From Candidatus Undinarchaeales archaeon (GTDB lineage: Archaea; SpSt-1190; JASMDC01), in contig JASMDC010000014.1 of NCBI GenBank assembly GCA_030753015.1, forward strand, positions 16,440 to 80,439: DNA of 64,000 nucleotides, written 5' to 3'. Of the stretch, positions 27,789-37,282 are shown piece by piece. Numbering within the stretch: the first letter of the stretch is position 1; each line of letters begins with the position of its first letter. A model generated the notes under the pieces. It was not told the origin of the DNA. It saw only the letters and a list, made by a program, of their open reading frames with translations, and made no database searches. Both the position numbers and the translations under genes were made by a program.

Positions 27789-29117
27789 ATGACGGATGAT
27801 GGCATGTCGGTTAGGTTCCATGGCTCCGGTCTCGAGGTGGGTCGCAGCGCCATCAGCGTCAGTGTCCCCGGTACGCGTTTGCTCCTCGACTGTGGGCTCA
27901 AGCTCGTTCCAGAAGGTGAGGAGCATCCTCTTGCGCTCGATGAGCTCACGGGAGAGCTGGACGCCGTGCTCGTCTCCCATGCCCACCTCGACCATGTCGG
28001 CTATCTATCTGACTTTGTTGCGGCAGGCTATCACAATCCCATCTACATGACCGAACAGACTGCGCGGCTGACCCGACTGTTGCTCGAGGACTCGGCCAAG
28101 GTCAGGGAGATCCTGGGACACCACTCTCCAGATCCGGGCCCTGCGCTCGACCTGATCCAGCACGTACGGCTGGAGGAGGAGGTCCGACTTCCCGGAGGCA
28201 CTACCTTCTCCGCTCATCAGGCCGGTCATATCCCTGGTGCGGCTGGCCTCCTTGTACGGGGCAGGGGCAGGTCCATCTTCTACACAGGTGACATTTGTAC
28301 ACGTAAGCTCCACACCATCCCACCAGCAGAGCTACCACAGGGGCCCGTGGATTGCCTCATTCTCGAGTCCACGTACGGTGGGCTCAGTGATGTCCTCCCG
28401 ACGATCGAAACACGTGACAGGGCGTTCATGGAGATGATCGGGACGGCTCTCGAACGTCGTGGTACGGTCCTTGTACCGTCCTTCGCGGTGGGACGGTCAC
28501 AGGAGGTCATGCTCACCCTCCATGAACACAAGAAAGAGCTTCTGCACCACGGCAATGTCAGGGTCGTACCGTGCGGCGGCATGCTCTTCGGAGCCACCAA
28601 GGTCTACGACAAGGAGGCGAAAAGGCCTATCGGACTAGACACTAAGAATGGCCCGCTGTCACCCATCCATATCCCCAAGAACCGCCGGATCGAGAAGGTC
28701 GCATCCGGCGAGTTCCCGACGATAGTCATCGCTACTGCCGGCATGCTTACCGGCGGCAGCTCACCCCGATACCTGCGACATCTTGCCGGTGATAGCCGGA
28801 ACCTCATCCTCATCGTAGGATATCAGGCGGAAGGGACTCCCGGCAGAGAGCTGTTGGATGGTTCACGTCGGATAATGATAGACGGACAGCAAGTGGACAT
28901 CAAGGCCGAGGTCGGATTCGTGAGCTTCTCGTCCCACACCTACCACGAGCAGTCCCTATCCCTGGTTCAGGATCTCTCTCCCGGGACCGTGCTCTGTAAT
29001 CATGGAGAGCCATTGAAATGCGCTGAACTCGCCAGCGCGGTGGAGGAGCGGCTCGGGATCAAGGCCTCGGCGCCACCGAACGGTACGATGATCAGGGTGG
29101 CTGCACGTCCGACATAA
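27789..29117 (+). CDS. MBL-fold beta-CASP ribonuclease (aCPSF-like, no KH domains)
   Basis: EVGRSA, LLDCG, SHAHLDHVG, AGHIPG, YTGD, ESTYG, FAVGRSQE, GYQAEGTPGR, FSSH, HGE. Confidence 0.9.
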   Translation: MTDDGMSVRFHGSGLEVGRSAISVSVPGTRLLLDCGLKLVPEGEEHPLALDELTGELDAVLVSHAHLDHVGYLSDFVAAGYHNPIYMTEQTARLTRLLLEDSAKVREILGHHSPDPGPALDLIQHVRLEEEVRLPGGTTFSAHQAGHIPGAAGLLVRGRGRSIFYTGDICTRKLHTIPPAELPQGPVDCLILESTYGGLSDVLPTIETRDRAFMEMIGTALERRGTVLVPSFAVGRSQEVMLTLHEHKKELLHHGNVRVVPCGGMLFGATKVYDKEAKRPIGLDTKNGPLSPIHIPKNRRIEKVASGEFPTIVIATAGMLTGGSSPRYLRHLAGDSRNLILIVGYQAEGTPGRELLDGSRRIMIDGQQVDIKAEVGFVSFSSHTYHEQSLSLVQDLSPGTVLCNHGEPLKCAELASAVEERLGIKASAPPNGTMIRVAARPT

Positions 29118-29157
29118 GGCCTTCGAGAACATGCTCAGGATAGTAACTTGTCCCGAC

Positions 29158-30156
29158 CTACAGCTCGGAGTACTCCTCTTGACGACGGCGGATGATGATG
29201 TAGCGCATATAGAGCAACACCACGACGCCCGTGATGAGGATTATCGAGATGAGCAGGACCTGGACGAGGTTCTCGAAGTCAAGCTTCGCGATGTTATACT
29301 CCACGTGAGCGTCCCAGTAGATGTATATCATCTCCTGGGCCGAGTCGTGCTGTCCGATGACCGAATAGGAGCGACGCGCGCTCTCAAGGGCGCTCTTCCC
29401 CTGGGCGTAGCGGATCATCTTGAGATACGACACTGAACCCGCGTAGTCCTGGATAATCTGCTTCCCTTCAGCGCTCTTCTCCAGGGCATTGGTCGTATGG
29501 GCCGTACAATCCTCTACGGCCTCTTTGTGGCGGGTGGCATACTCCTCTGCTCTGGCCGATTTGCACGTGCGTGCCCATGAAGAGACCCGATCGAGCACTT
29601 CGGCCTGACGACACACGTTCGGCTCACCTTCCACGATGGCGTCGAACACGGAGAGCGCGACGAAGCAGATGTCCTCGTAGGTATCGTCCACGTTCGTGAG
29701 GACCTCGGTGACCTCCTCATGCTCGAAAGAGGCCACGGTGAGGTTCTGCCGGTCCTCGGCGAGTGCCTCGATATTGTCGGTTATGGTACTGAAGCTCTCG
29801 ATAGATTGGGCCTGCTCGTATGCCATGGATGATGCTGTGACCGCCCAGTACGTATCTCGTGTGTGATTGATGAAGTCATAGGTGGACGAGAGGAAGGTGG
29901 CCCCGAAGGTACCGTCCTTGCCGGAAGGGAGAGTCTGCGAATCGCAGAGGTAGGAGAGGTCCCGGGCGAAGTGGCACACCGATGAGGCCGTTGGGATGTC
30001 GGTTATGAACGTATCCCGGTGGCCACGCGAGATTATCTCCGAGTAGAGATCGATGAGCTGGCGACACGGTCGCGGCTCCGCCAATACCGGCATCAGCATA
30101 ACGAGCAGTACTACTGTCGCAATGACCAGTAAGCGGGTCGTTCCATTCGACCTCAC
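29158..30156 (-). CDS. Secreted/membrane-anchored helical protein (tubulin operon gene 5)
   Basis: Signal peptide (RLLVIATVVLLVMLMPVLA), Cys-containing helical ectodomain, C-terminal TM followed by RRRQ; GTGA overlap. Confidence 0.75.
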   Translation of the reverse strand: MRSNGTTRLLVIATVVLLVMLMPVLAEPRPCRQLIDLYSEIISRGHRDTFITDIPTASSVCHFARDLSYLCDSQTLPSGKDGTFGATFLSSTYDFINHTRDTYWAVTASSMAYEQAQSIESFSTITDNIEALAEDRQNLTVASFEHEEVTEVLTNVDDTYEDICFVALSVFDAIVEGEPNVCRQAEVLDRVSSWARTCKSARAEEYATRHKEAVEDCTAHTTNALEKSAEGKQIIQDYAGSVSYLKMIRYAQGKSALESARRSYSVIGQHDSAQEMIYIYWDAHVEYNIAKLDFENLVQVLLISIILITGVVVLLYMRYIIIRRRQEEYSEL

Positions 30157-33032
30157 AGCTCAAGCACCTTCTGCGTCTTGATCCGATAACGCACGTACAT
30201 ACCTGTGATGATGACGGTGACCATGAACGCGAATGCCACGACGACATTGACCAGTGTCGACCAGAGCATGGCCAGGTCCTCGCGTTCGCTCTCGATGATG
30301 ATGAGCTCGTTCCGCACACGTTCCGCGTCCTCCGTGAGATTCAGGTACTCACTTCCTAAGTCCCCTACAATCTCCCTGTACTCTTTGATGACCCTGTCGT
30401 ACTTCTCCAGCGCGCGAGGGGGGAGGATACGGTCGCCCAATGCCTCCTGTCTGAGACCTTGGACATTCTCATACTTCGTCGAGACCTCGTCGAGCTTGTC
30501 GATGATATTACAGCGCAGGTTCACCCGGCTGAAGAACACGTTGGCCATGGCACCGTTGTGGCGCAGACGCTCAGAACGTGTCGTGGGTTTCAGGCAGTAG
30601 TACCTTCCGACATCCTCGAACGTTTTCAGGAGGGTGGCATTGGCCTTCTCGCAGATCGGCCGCGCCTCCTCGATATCGATGCACAACACTTCGAGGTTGC
30701 GCTCGGTCGAACGCAAGATGGAGAGAGCGCGGACCGACGTGAGATTATGGCTCCGCTTCATTTCGTTGAGGGTTAGGACGTTCGTCGAGAACACCGAGAA
30801 GGAAGATACGAGGGAGGCGGCTTTCGCCGACATGACCGGATCTTTCTTCGACCAGTCATCGCAGTGGACCAGGAAATCGCGCAGAGCCTTCTTCTCCTCT
30901 GGGAACCGTTTATCGATGAGCTTGATGTCGTCCCGGGCCTTCCGACAGCTCGGTGGGATGATCTCGAACTCCATGGGTCTCTCATCGGCGGCCCGGTCAT
31001 CGTTCAGGGCATCGATGACAAGGCCGATCGTGTAGTCCCCTCTCGGATCGGAGAAGTCGAACCCAAGGCCTATTGGCAGCGTAAGGCGGCCCCCCTTGTC
31101 GATCTCGAACACGGGCGAGGGTACCTCTACTGCTTTGGCATGACGCACACACGCCTCCCCGGCCCCAACGGGGCAGGACCGGGCAACGACACTGAACGTT
31201 ATGTTCCGGAGAGGGGTGAACCCGCCAACCTCTGCCAGGGTGAGGCTCGTGTTACCAGTGATCGACGGCGGGCGTTCCTTGTAGAGCGTGAGCTTGTCCG
31301 GCATCTCGATCATGAGCTGTGGGTGGGGGATCGTGAAGGAGAATGGGACCGTCCGGTCACCACGGTCAGGTATGGTAATGCGCAGCCCGCAGGTGTACTT
31401 ATCTGGCGGGAGGTAATGGGGTACGTTCACCTCGAGGTCGAAGTCACCGGTCTCTTTTGCCGATACACCGATAGTCCCCTTAGCGACAGTGATGAATGTA
31501 TTATTGAAATCACAGTCCACGATCTCGCCAGTAATCCCCTCAGCACAACCTCCATCGACCTCGATGATGGTTATGTTCTGTGACCGGAAATCCCCGCAAG
31601 GGAGCTCACGCATGTCCACATTCTCTGCCTTGAGGAGATAGTCAAAGCGTGGTACTTTGAGGAACAGGACTGTCTCTTTCTTTGCTTGTTCGGTCTTCGT
31701 GCGTGGATATGTCGCTGCTAGCCGGCCCGTGTACTCCCCCGCATTGATGTACTTGGGGACCATGATATTCAGGGTACCGCTTATCCGGTCACCAGGGGAG
31801 AGGTTGTCGGTCTTTTCAGCTTCGAACTCGAATGTGAAGTCCTTGATATTGCCCGTTATGTCCAACTTGAGGTCACGAACGCAGCCGGAGGTGGATGGTA
31901 CGTACAGCTCGATGGGCTGCTTGAGCTCCCCCTTGCAGGGTGCGTCGAGCCCGATCGACCGGGGGCTCAGACGGAGCTCTGGAGGTCGGACTGACACAGC
32001 TGCGGGGACCTGTAGCATTTCATCCCCGAAGCGGAGGTTGATCTTGTAATCATCCTGCTTCTCATCCTCGTCCTCCAGGAGCGTGAGGTTGCCCAGAGTG
32101 AAGTCGACAGTTACCTTACCGCACTTGGGGAGCGTGTAGCTCTTCGAAGTGAAGATGAACGGATGGTCGTCCATGTTCACGTCAACTTCGAGCGGCAGAT
32201 CGAACACGCAGCAGCGGTCCTCGATGGTTATGGTCCGTTCCTCGTTACCACAAGCGTTCTCGAATGAGAATGTATCAGGGCTTACTCGTACGTCCAGCGC
32301 TGGCACGAACCGAATGTTCAGGTCCACGACGATCTCAAGGGCGTTCGAACCCTCGATCCGAAGGGGTGTCGAATAGGTCGTCCATGGTGTGAGCACCTGT
32401 ACTGTCTTCATGTTGAGCGTGATGTATTGGACCTGTCCCGATCTGACCTCACTGAAGCTCAACTGGTTCCCGAAGCGATCACCAAGGCTGATCTCCAGAG
32501 GACAATCCCCGTCCTCGTTACACATGTATGATGAGTCCAATTGTGCCACAACGTTGTACGCGTCGAGCTTACCCTGATTGGTCAGGGAAAGACTGTCCGT
32601 AACCTTGACGGCCCCGGAAGAGCGACATGGGATCTCGATGTCCTTTGCGTACTCTATCGGAACGGTGCGGAGGTTGGCACGCGCTTTCGCTACGTTGAAG
32701 GAGACGTATGTGGACTTCGGGCTACCGGTCAGGTTGTAAGCCTCGATCTTTAGCTTGTAGCTGCCTGTGCTCAGCTTCCCGATCATTATCTCGTGGCTTG
32801 TGGACCAGGAAGCATCGGTCCCGAGGACACGACCCCGGTCGTCCTTGACCTGTGCCTGGGAGTTCTGATTGGTCGAGATCGTGATCGTGAGAAGGTCTGC
32901 ATCGGTCGCATAATCATAGGGTTCCTTCGATGCGATGACCTGAGCGGAACTCGTGAACCTGAAGTCATCCGCCACGGCGGACAAGCAGAGGAGGATCGAC
33001 AGAGCGAGTAGTATGCGCTGGTAGCGAGCCAT
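30153..33032 (-). CDS. Large surface protein with tandem Ig-like/beta-sandwich repeats, helical stalk and C-terminal TM (tubulin operon gene 4)
   Basis: Signal peptide; repeated beta-rich modules (e.g. VPKYINAGEYTGRL / VPHYLPPDKYTCGL / DPRGDYTIGL); coiled-coil-like stretch; TM followed by RYRIK. Confidence 0.75.
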   Translation of the reverse strand: MARYQRILLALSILLCLSAVADDFRFTSSAQVIASKEPYDYATDADLLTITISTNQNSQAQVKDDRGRVLGTDASWSTSHEIMIGKLSTGSYKLKIEAYNLTGSPKSTYVSFNVAKARANLRTVPIEYAKDIEIPCRSSGAVKVTDSLSLTNQGKLDAYNVVAQLDSSYMCNEDGDCPLEISLGDRFGNQLSFSEVRSGQVQYITLNMKTVQVLTPWTTYSTPLRIEGSNALEIVVDLNIRFVPALDVRVSPDTFSFENACGNEERTITIEDRCCVFDLPLEVDVNMDDHPFIFTSKSYTLPKCGKVTVDFTLGNLTLLEDEDEKQDDYKINLRFGDEMLQVPAAVSVRPPELRLSPRSIGLDAPCKGELKQPIELYVPSTSGCVRDLKLDITGNIKDFTFEFEAEKTDNLSPGDRISGTLNIMVPKYINAGEYTGRLAATYPRTKTEQAKKETVLFLKVPRFDYLLKAENVDMRELPCGDFRSQNITIIEVDGGCAEGITGEIVDCDFNNTFITVAKGTIGVSAKETGDFDLEVNVPHYLPPDKYTCGLRITIPDRGDRTVPFSFTIPHPQLMIEMPDKLTLYKERPPSITGNTSLTLAEVGGFTPLRNITFSVVARSCPVGAGEACVRHAKAVEVPSPVFEIDKGGRLTLPIGLGFDFSDPRGDYTIGLVIDALNDDRAADERPMEFEIIPPSCRKARDDIKLIDKRFPEEKKALRDFLVHCDDWSKKDPVMSAKAASLVSSFSVFSTNVLTLNEMKRSHNLTSVRALSILRSTERNLEVLCIDIEEARPICEKANATLLKTFEDVGRYYCLKPTTRSERLRHNGAMANVFFSRVNLRCNIIDKLDEVSTKYENVQGLRQEALGDRILPPRALEKYDRVIKEYREIVGDLGSEYLNLTEDAERVRNELIIIESEREDLAMLWSTLVNVVVAFAFMVTVIITGMYVRYRIKTQKVLEL

Positions 33033-33959
33033 TCAACCACGCCCCAGGAGCAGGAGCACCGCACCAGCGATGGCCAGTATCACCGACACCCCCAAGGCAC
33101 CTAGGGCCACCGACCGGGGCTGGACGATGTTAGTGGAGCTTGTGAACGTTTTCCAGAACTCCACTTGTGCACGATACTTCCGATCGTAGGCGATTATGAT
33201 AACGATCACCAGGAAGCATCCAACGAGCGCTGCCGGGGCTATCCGCGTCGTTACGAGCCCGGGAATGCGTGTGCTCTCATCCTCCAACAACATCTTAGAC
33301 TTCTTGAGTTCCTCCTTGAAGCTCTCAAGAGGGGCCTCGGGCCCGAGCCCGGTAACTCCCATTTCCTTGATGTTCTTCTGTGATGCTTCTCCGGCCTCGA
33401 CGACACGCGACTCGTACAATGAGGGGTAGTCAAGAAGGAACTTGCGCTCGGGTTCAGTCAAGGCTGCGAGCTCTTCCGACGTCGGGACCGTGCCAATGCG
33501 CAGGTCCGCTGTATACCGGGAGAGCCTTAGGGCACGACTGGCGGTCATTACCGATTCATGTACGCATGAGGGCCGGTCACATATCGTTGCCCAGGATATC
33601 TCCATCCAATCGGTGATTAGCGTGTCGACACGGGCTCCTGACTCGGACACCGCACGCGTCACCTCTGAAATGAAGCCCGACATGACATGCTTGAAGGATT
33701 CCGGTGTGCAACCAGTAACTCCGCTGAGCGCCTGTTCTCCAGTCTCGCATATGGAGAGGTTAGCAAGGACCGGATCATCAACATATCCTTCGATGAACTT
33801 CGCGTCCATTTTTCCACGGACAGGTCTGATGAGATCGATACAATCCTTGGGAGCACCTTTATCCGGTTCGCAAGCAGGTGGTTCGCCCTCGAACACGAAC
33901 TGTGTACATCCACTGATGAGTACGAATGAGAGCAGGAGAACTGCGTACTTACTCTTCAT
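33033..33959 (-). CDS. Putative lipoprotein with two C-terminal TM helices (tubulin operon gene 3)
   Basis: Start moved to ATG 33959 (GGAGGGTGAGG RBS); MKSKYAVLLLSFVLISG|C lipobox; two hydrophobic segments near the C-terminus. Confidence 0.75.
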   Translation of the reverse strand: MKSKYAVLLLSFVLISGCTQFVFEGEPPACEPDKGAPKDCIDLIRPVRGKMDAKFIEGYVDDPVLANLSICETGEQALSGVTGCTPESFKHVMSGFISEVTRAVSESGARVDTLITDWMEISWATICDRPSCVHESVMTASRALRLSRYTADLRIGTVPTSEELAALTEPERKFLLDYPSLYESRVVEAGEASQKNIKEMGVTGLGPEAPLESFKEELKKSKMLLEDESTRIPGLVTTRIAPAALVGCFLVIVIIIAYDRKYRAQVEFWKTFTSSTNIVQPRSVALGALGVSVILAIAGAVLLLLGRG

Positions 33960-35919
33960 CGTCCTCACCCTCCCAATAGTCATCATCGTCGGCCTCAGTA
34001 TCATCAACCTCGGCCTTCGCCTGTACGGCCTCGCTCGCCCCCTTGTTCGGCTCCTTGCTTCTCTTTGGGACGGGAGCTCCCCTTACAATGGCGAGTCCAA
34101 GAAGAGCGCCAAGCAGACCACCGAGCCCGAAACCGAAGAGGATACCGGGAACGCCACCGACCGCGGCGTTCGTCTTGGCGTTCTTCGCCCGCTCGATCTC
34201 GACGACGGCACGCTGTCCAAGGAGGTCCTCTCGTTCATGGAGCGACTCCACGGAAACCGCGGCCATAGCAAGACTATCGAGCGCTACCGTCTCGATGCTC
34301 AATGAAGAGGAACTGCTCCCGCACCGGCCATCAGTGCAAGTGACGTTGATGTAAACTACACAGGCGCCTCCGGTGGAGGAGTAAACTACGGTCCCGTTGA
34401 CGTCCGCGCGGGCGGGTACGGTCCATCCCTCGTTGGCCGCTGTAAGGCCTTCTATCTTAAGGCCCGTAGCACAGCCTGCATTATCCGTGACCTTGAGGAG
34501 GCGTTCAAGGTCGGCCGGCACCGTCCCAGAGAGCTTGATCGAGAAGGGGTACCGTGATGCCATCCCGGTGAAGGTGCGCTGTGACGTGGTACCAATATCC
34601 AGGCTCTGGACAAGTGGAGCTCGAACGAGGAACTCGGCGCATCCCTCGCCGGAGAGCCCCTTGATAACGGCACAAATAGCATGGAGACCTGCAGCGTCCG
34701 GGACGAGACCGAGGTCTTTGAGTGCATATGGTTTCCCAGATACGACCTGGAACACCTTGGAGGATGAGGCAAGGGTCTCACTGCTGGTAACGGTGATATT
34801 CAGAGGGAGGACGATGTCAGGAACGCCGGTGACCGTGACGGACGTCTCGACCGTGTCCCCGGGGAACACCTCGAGGCGATCGTGTGAGAAATATATGTGG
34901 AATGCTCCCGAGCCCAGCTGTGTGATGGGAGCACGGACCAGTGTCTCCACGGTCTCGTTGCGCTCGAACGAGTAGGTGACGTGTAGCATATCGGTGCCAT
35001 TGAACAGCGGGCGGAGCGTGAGAGCGACGGTCGTTCCCGCGACAGGCTTCATCACAAGGAGCTCGGTCCGCTCCCCGTCCTTCCAGCTTCCGAGCACCTC
35101 GAAGGCCTCTGTGTTCACGGAGACGGTGAGGATGCGATCGGTGCGCTGTTCATTAGTGAAGACCACTGTGGCGTTGAAGGTCTCGTTCCCCTGGAGGACC
35201 GTTGCAGTGGTCGTGAGTTCGGCCGTCGGCAGCACGGCGGGCACATCGACCTCAGGGCCTGTGACTTTCCCCTTGACCATGGCTTCGATCACGCACGTAT
35301 CCAAGGTCACATCGCCCTCTCCAGTGGCCGTGAGCGTGATGGTGGTGGACCCTCCGCCAATGGCGCGGAAGGAAGCGAGCTTCACGATGCCCTGAATCAT
35401 GCTGGTGACGTTCTGAGCGTACTCGAGAGTAAGCACCGAGTCATCGAAATCCGCGGATACGTTCGCATCGGTAGCAAAGGCCCATGCGCTCACATCAAGG
35501 TTATCGCCGAGGTCCAGTGTGACAGATGCATCGGGACAGAGCAGACCCACAGGTTCTCGAGGCTTGATCTCGACCGTGGCCCACGTCCGAACGGTACCGG
35601 ATGTGCGGTTGACGAGGGTGAGGTTGAGCTGTGGATTCTCTACAACAAGGCCATATGGCGGTGCCGTCACATTGACGATCACCTCGAAATTGGACCCTGC
35701 AGGTGGGAATGACACGGTCGCGTAGGATGCGGCGGACGCGGGATCCACATCTACGACAATACCTTCGGTCGCTGTGACAGGCGGAAATGTACAGCTCTCG
35801 GACGAGCCCTCCCGAAGTGGGCCTAGCGAATCGCACGTCTTGAGTGCGAACGCTGGCGATATCATTAGTGTAAAGAGGAGCACCAATCCAATTAGACGTA
35901 TGGATCTAGGAGAAGCTAT
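33949..35919 (-). CDS. Surface protein with Ig-like beta-sandwich domains, TM and acidic tail (tubulin operon gene 2)
   Basis: Thr/Val-rich beta modules, TM GILFGFGLGGLLGALLGLAIV, tail DDTEADDDDYWEGEDDEE. Start ambiguous: TTG 35886 or ATA 35919. Confidence 0.72.
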   Translation of the reverse strand: MASPRSIRLIGLVLLFTLMISPAFALKTCDSLGPLREGSSESCTFPPVTATEGIVVDVDPASAASYATVSFPPAGSNFEVIVNVTAPPYGLVVENPQLNLTLVNRTSGTVRTWATVEIKPREPVGLLCPDASVTLDLGDNLDVSAWAFATDANVSADFDDSVLTLEYAQNVTSMIQGIVKLASFRAIGGGSTTITLTATGEGDVTLDTCVIEAMVKGKVTGPEVDVPAVLPTAELTTTATVLQGNETFNATVVFTNEQRTDRILTVSVNTEAFEVLGSWKDGERTELLVMKPVAGTTVALTLRPLFNGTDMLHVTYSFERNETVETLVRAPITQLGSGAFHIYFSHDRLEVFPGDTVETSVTVTGVPDIVLPLNITVTSSETLASSSKVFQVVSGKPYALKDLGLVPDAAGLHAICAVIKGLSGEGCAEFLVRAPLVQSLDIGTTSQRTFTGMASRYPFSIKLSGTVPADLERLLKVTDNAGCATGLKIEGLTAANEGWTVPARADVNGTVVYSSTGGACVVYINVTCTDGRCGSSSSSLSIETVALDSLAMAAVSVESLHEREDLLGQRAVVEIERAKNAKTNAAVGGVPGILFGFGLGGLLGALLGLAIVRGAPVPKRSKEPNKGASEAVQAKAEVDDTEADDDDYWEGEDDEE

Positions 35920-35922
35920 CGC

Positions 35923-37206
35923 CTACCCCCCTGAGAAGAACTCCATCTCAGTAACGTTATCAAAGAGCGCCTGTGCTTCATCCGGTGAAGTCTTGCTCGC
36001 TTCACGGAGGGTCTTGCGGGCCCAAGCGTTCCCCTTGACCTCGAGCTCCTTCAATCGCCCCACGTCCTGCGGTCTGTAGGTGAAGGACGTTGTGACGGAG
36101 ATCTCGGGATTGTCGGTCGGGACCACACCATGATGGAGCTCCTTACGAGTGAGGCGGCCCTCTTGGTCCTTGGTGATGGTCTCGAAGTATATCTTGTTCA
36201 GGTACTTCTTGTTCACCTTGAACACCATGGCGGCAGAGACAGGGAGCGTCTCTTCCAGCCCGGTCATGAGCTGTTTCGACCAGCACTTCATGGCCTCATC
36301 CGCGACCTGCTGAGTCTTGTCCTTTGATAAGAAGGGGAGCATCGTCTCCGAGAAGCTCAGGAACATCTGGCTACGTCCGATCGAGGCGATACCGGGCTTG
36401 CCCGGCATATAGGCAAGAGCTCGGATGTAGTCCGCAATGTCGAATGCGGGCAGGTTGAGCTTGCCCGTTGAGTCCTGGATGGACACGATGAGGTCGAGCA
36501 CGAGGTTCTTAAGGGAGTCGACCACCATCTCGTTGAACACAGGTATCTTCTCGATGAAGGCGCCATGACCACGCTCGAGAACGACCTGGTTATCGACGAC
36601 GATGAGCCCGTCGACGAGGTCGAGCATCTTGGTAATGTTCCACACGGCGTTCCAGGCACGCATGTAGCCTTCGCTCTCCTCGGCAGGGAGCACTGCGACA
36701 GCGATGATGGGCGTGTTCGGGTAGATAAGCTTGAGGAACTCTGCGATCTTGGGTGCAGTACCGGAACCCGTACCACCGCCAGCACCGAACGCCATGAGGA
36801 TGACCGGAGGCCCGTTCTCACCCATCTTGAGGTGTAGGAAACGGCGGAACTCGGGCAGGAACTCGTTCTGGTGTTCCTCGAGAAGGATGTGGCCCTTCCA
36901 AGGTGTAGCGCCCATCCCGCCCTTCACGCGACCTTCGAAGTCGGTCTGGTCGGTCTTTCCTAGGGCAGGAGCCACGCACGATCCGTCGATCCCGATACCC
37001 ACGACGGGATCGAGCTTGAAGGCCTTGCGCAGGTTAGGGCAAGCGCGGTAGTAATCGGTGAACCCTGATGTGATGCACACAGGAGTGATGAACACCGACG
37101 GGTCCTGTTTGAAGAAGTCAAGGAATGTCTTCTCACCCTTCAGGTTCATATACAGCTGGTCGAGTATCTTCATCCCGCACTGACCAAGTCCCACTGCACC
37201 GTACAT
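35923..37206 (-). CDS. Tubulin/FtsZ-superfamily GTPase, divergent CetZ-like
   Basis: GLGQCGMKI (T1), GGMGATPWKG (T3), GAGGGTGSG (T4 signature), VLPAEESEG (T5), IVVDNQ (T6), FDIADY (T7-like). GQCG is CetZ/tubulin-like rather than the FtsZ GGGG. Confidence 0.9.
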   Translation of the reverse strand: MYGAVGLGQCGMKILDQLYMNLKGEKTFLDFFKQDPSVFITPVCITSGFTDYYRACPNLRKAFKLDPVVGIGIDGSCVAPALGKTDQTDFEGRVKGGMGATPWKGHILLEEHQNEFLPEFRRFLHLKMGENGPPVILMAFGAGGGTGSGTAPKIAEFLKLIYPNTPIIAVAVLPAEESEGYMRAWNAVWNITKMLDLVDGLIVVDNQVVLERGHGAFIEKIPVFNEMVVDSLKNLVLDLIVSIQDSTGKLNLPAFDIADYIRALAYMPGKPGIASIGRSQMFLSFSETMLPFLSKDKTQQVADEAMKCWSKQLMTGLEETLPVSAAMVFKVNKKYLNKIYFETITKDQEGRLTRKELHHGVVPTDNPEISVTTSFTYRPQDVGRLKELEVKGNAWARKTLREASKTSPDEAQALFDNVTEMEFFSGG

Positions 37207-37227
37207 ATCTGATATATCGGGAGGGGA

Positions 37228-37240
37228 TTAATATTAAATA
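37228..37240. promoter_or_regulatory. Palindromic bidirectional TATA element
   Basis: TTAATATTAA (37228-37237) lies in the 76-bp gap between the tubulin ATG (37206, leaderless spacing) and the Ubl-repeat gene ATG (37283). Confidence 0.55.
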
Positions 37241-37282
37241 GGTATTCGTGCCATTCCGTGACGGATCCGGGGGCCGTGACCT

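Noticed and set aside
14640-35925. Genome-wide TAG reassignment, suggested by two in-frame continuations past TAG
   Set aside because: Conserved genes are uninterrupted under the standard code, and many end at TAG where expected (e.g. GH2, AlaX, GlpK, cupin).
35923-37206. Canonical cell-division FtsZ
   Set aside because: It has GQCG rather than GGGG in T1, lacks the NTD motif and NxDFAD context, and has no division-gene neighbourhood, so no ftsZ symbol is given.
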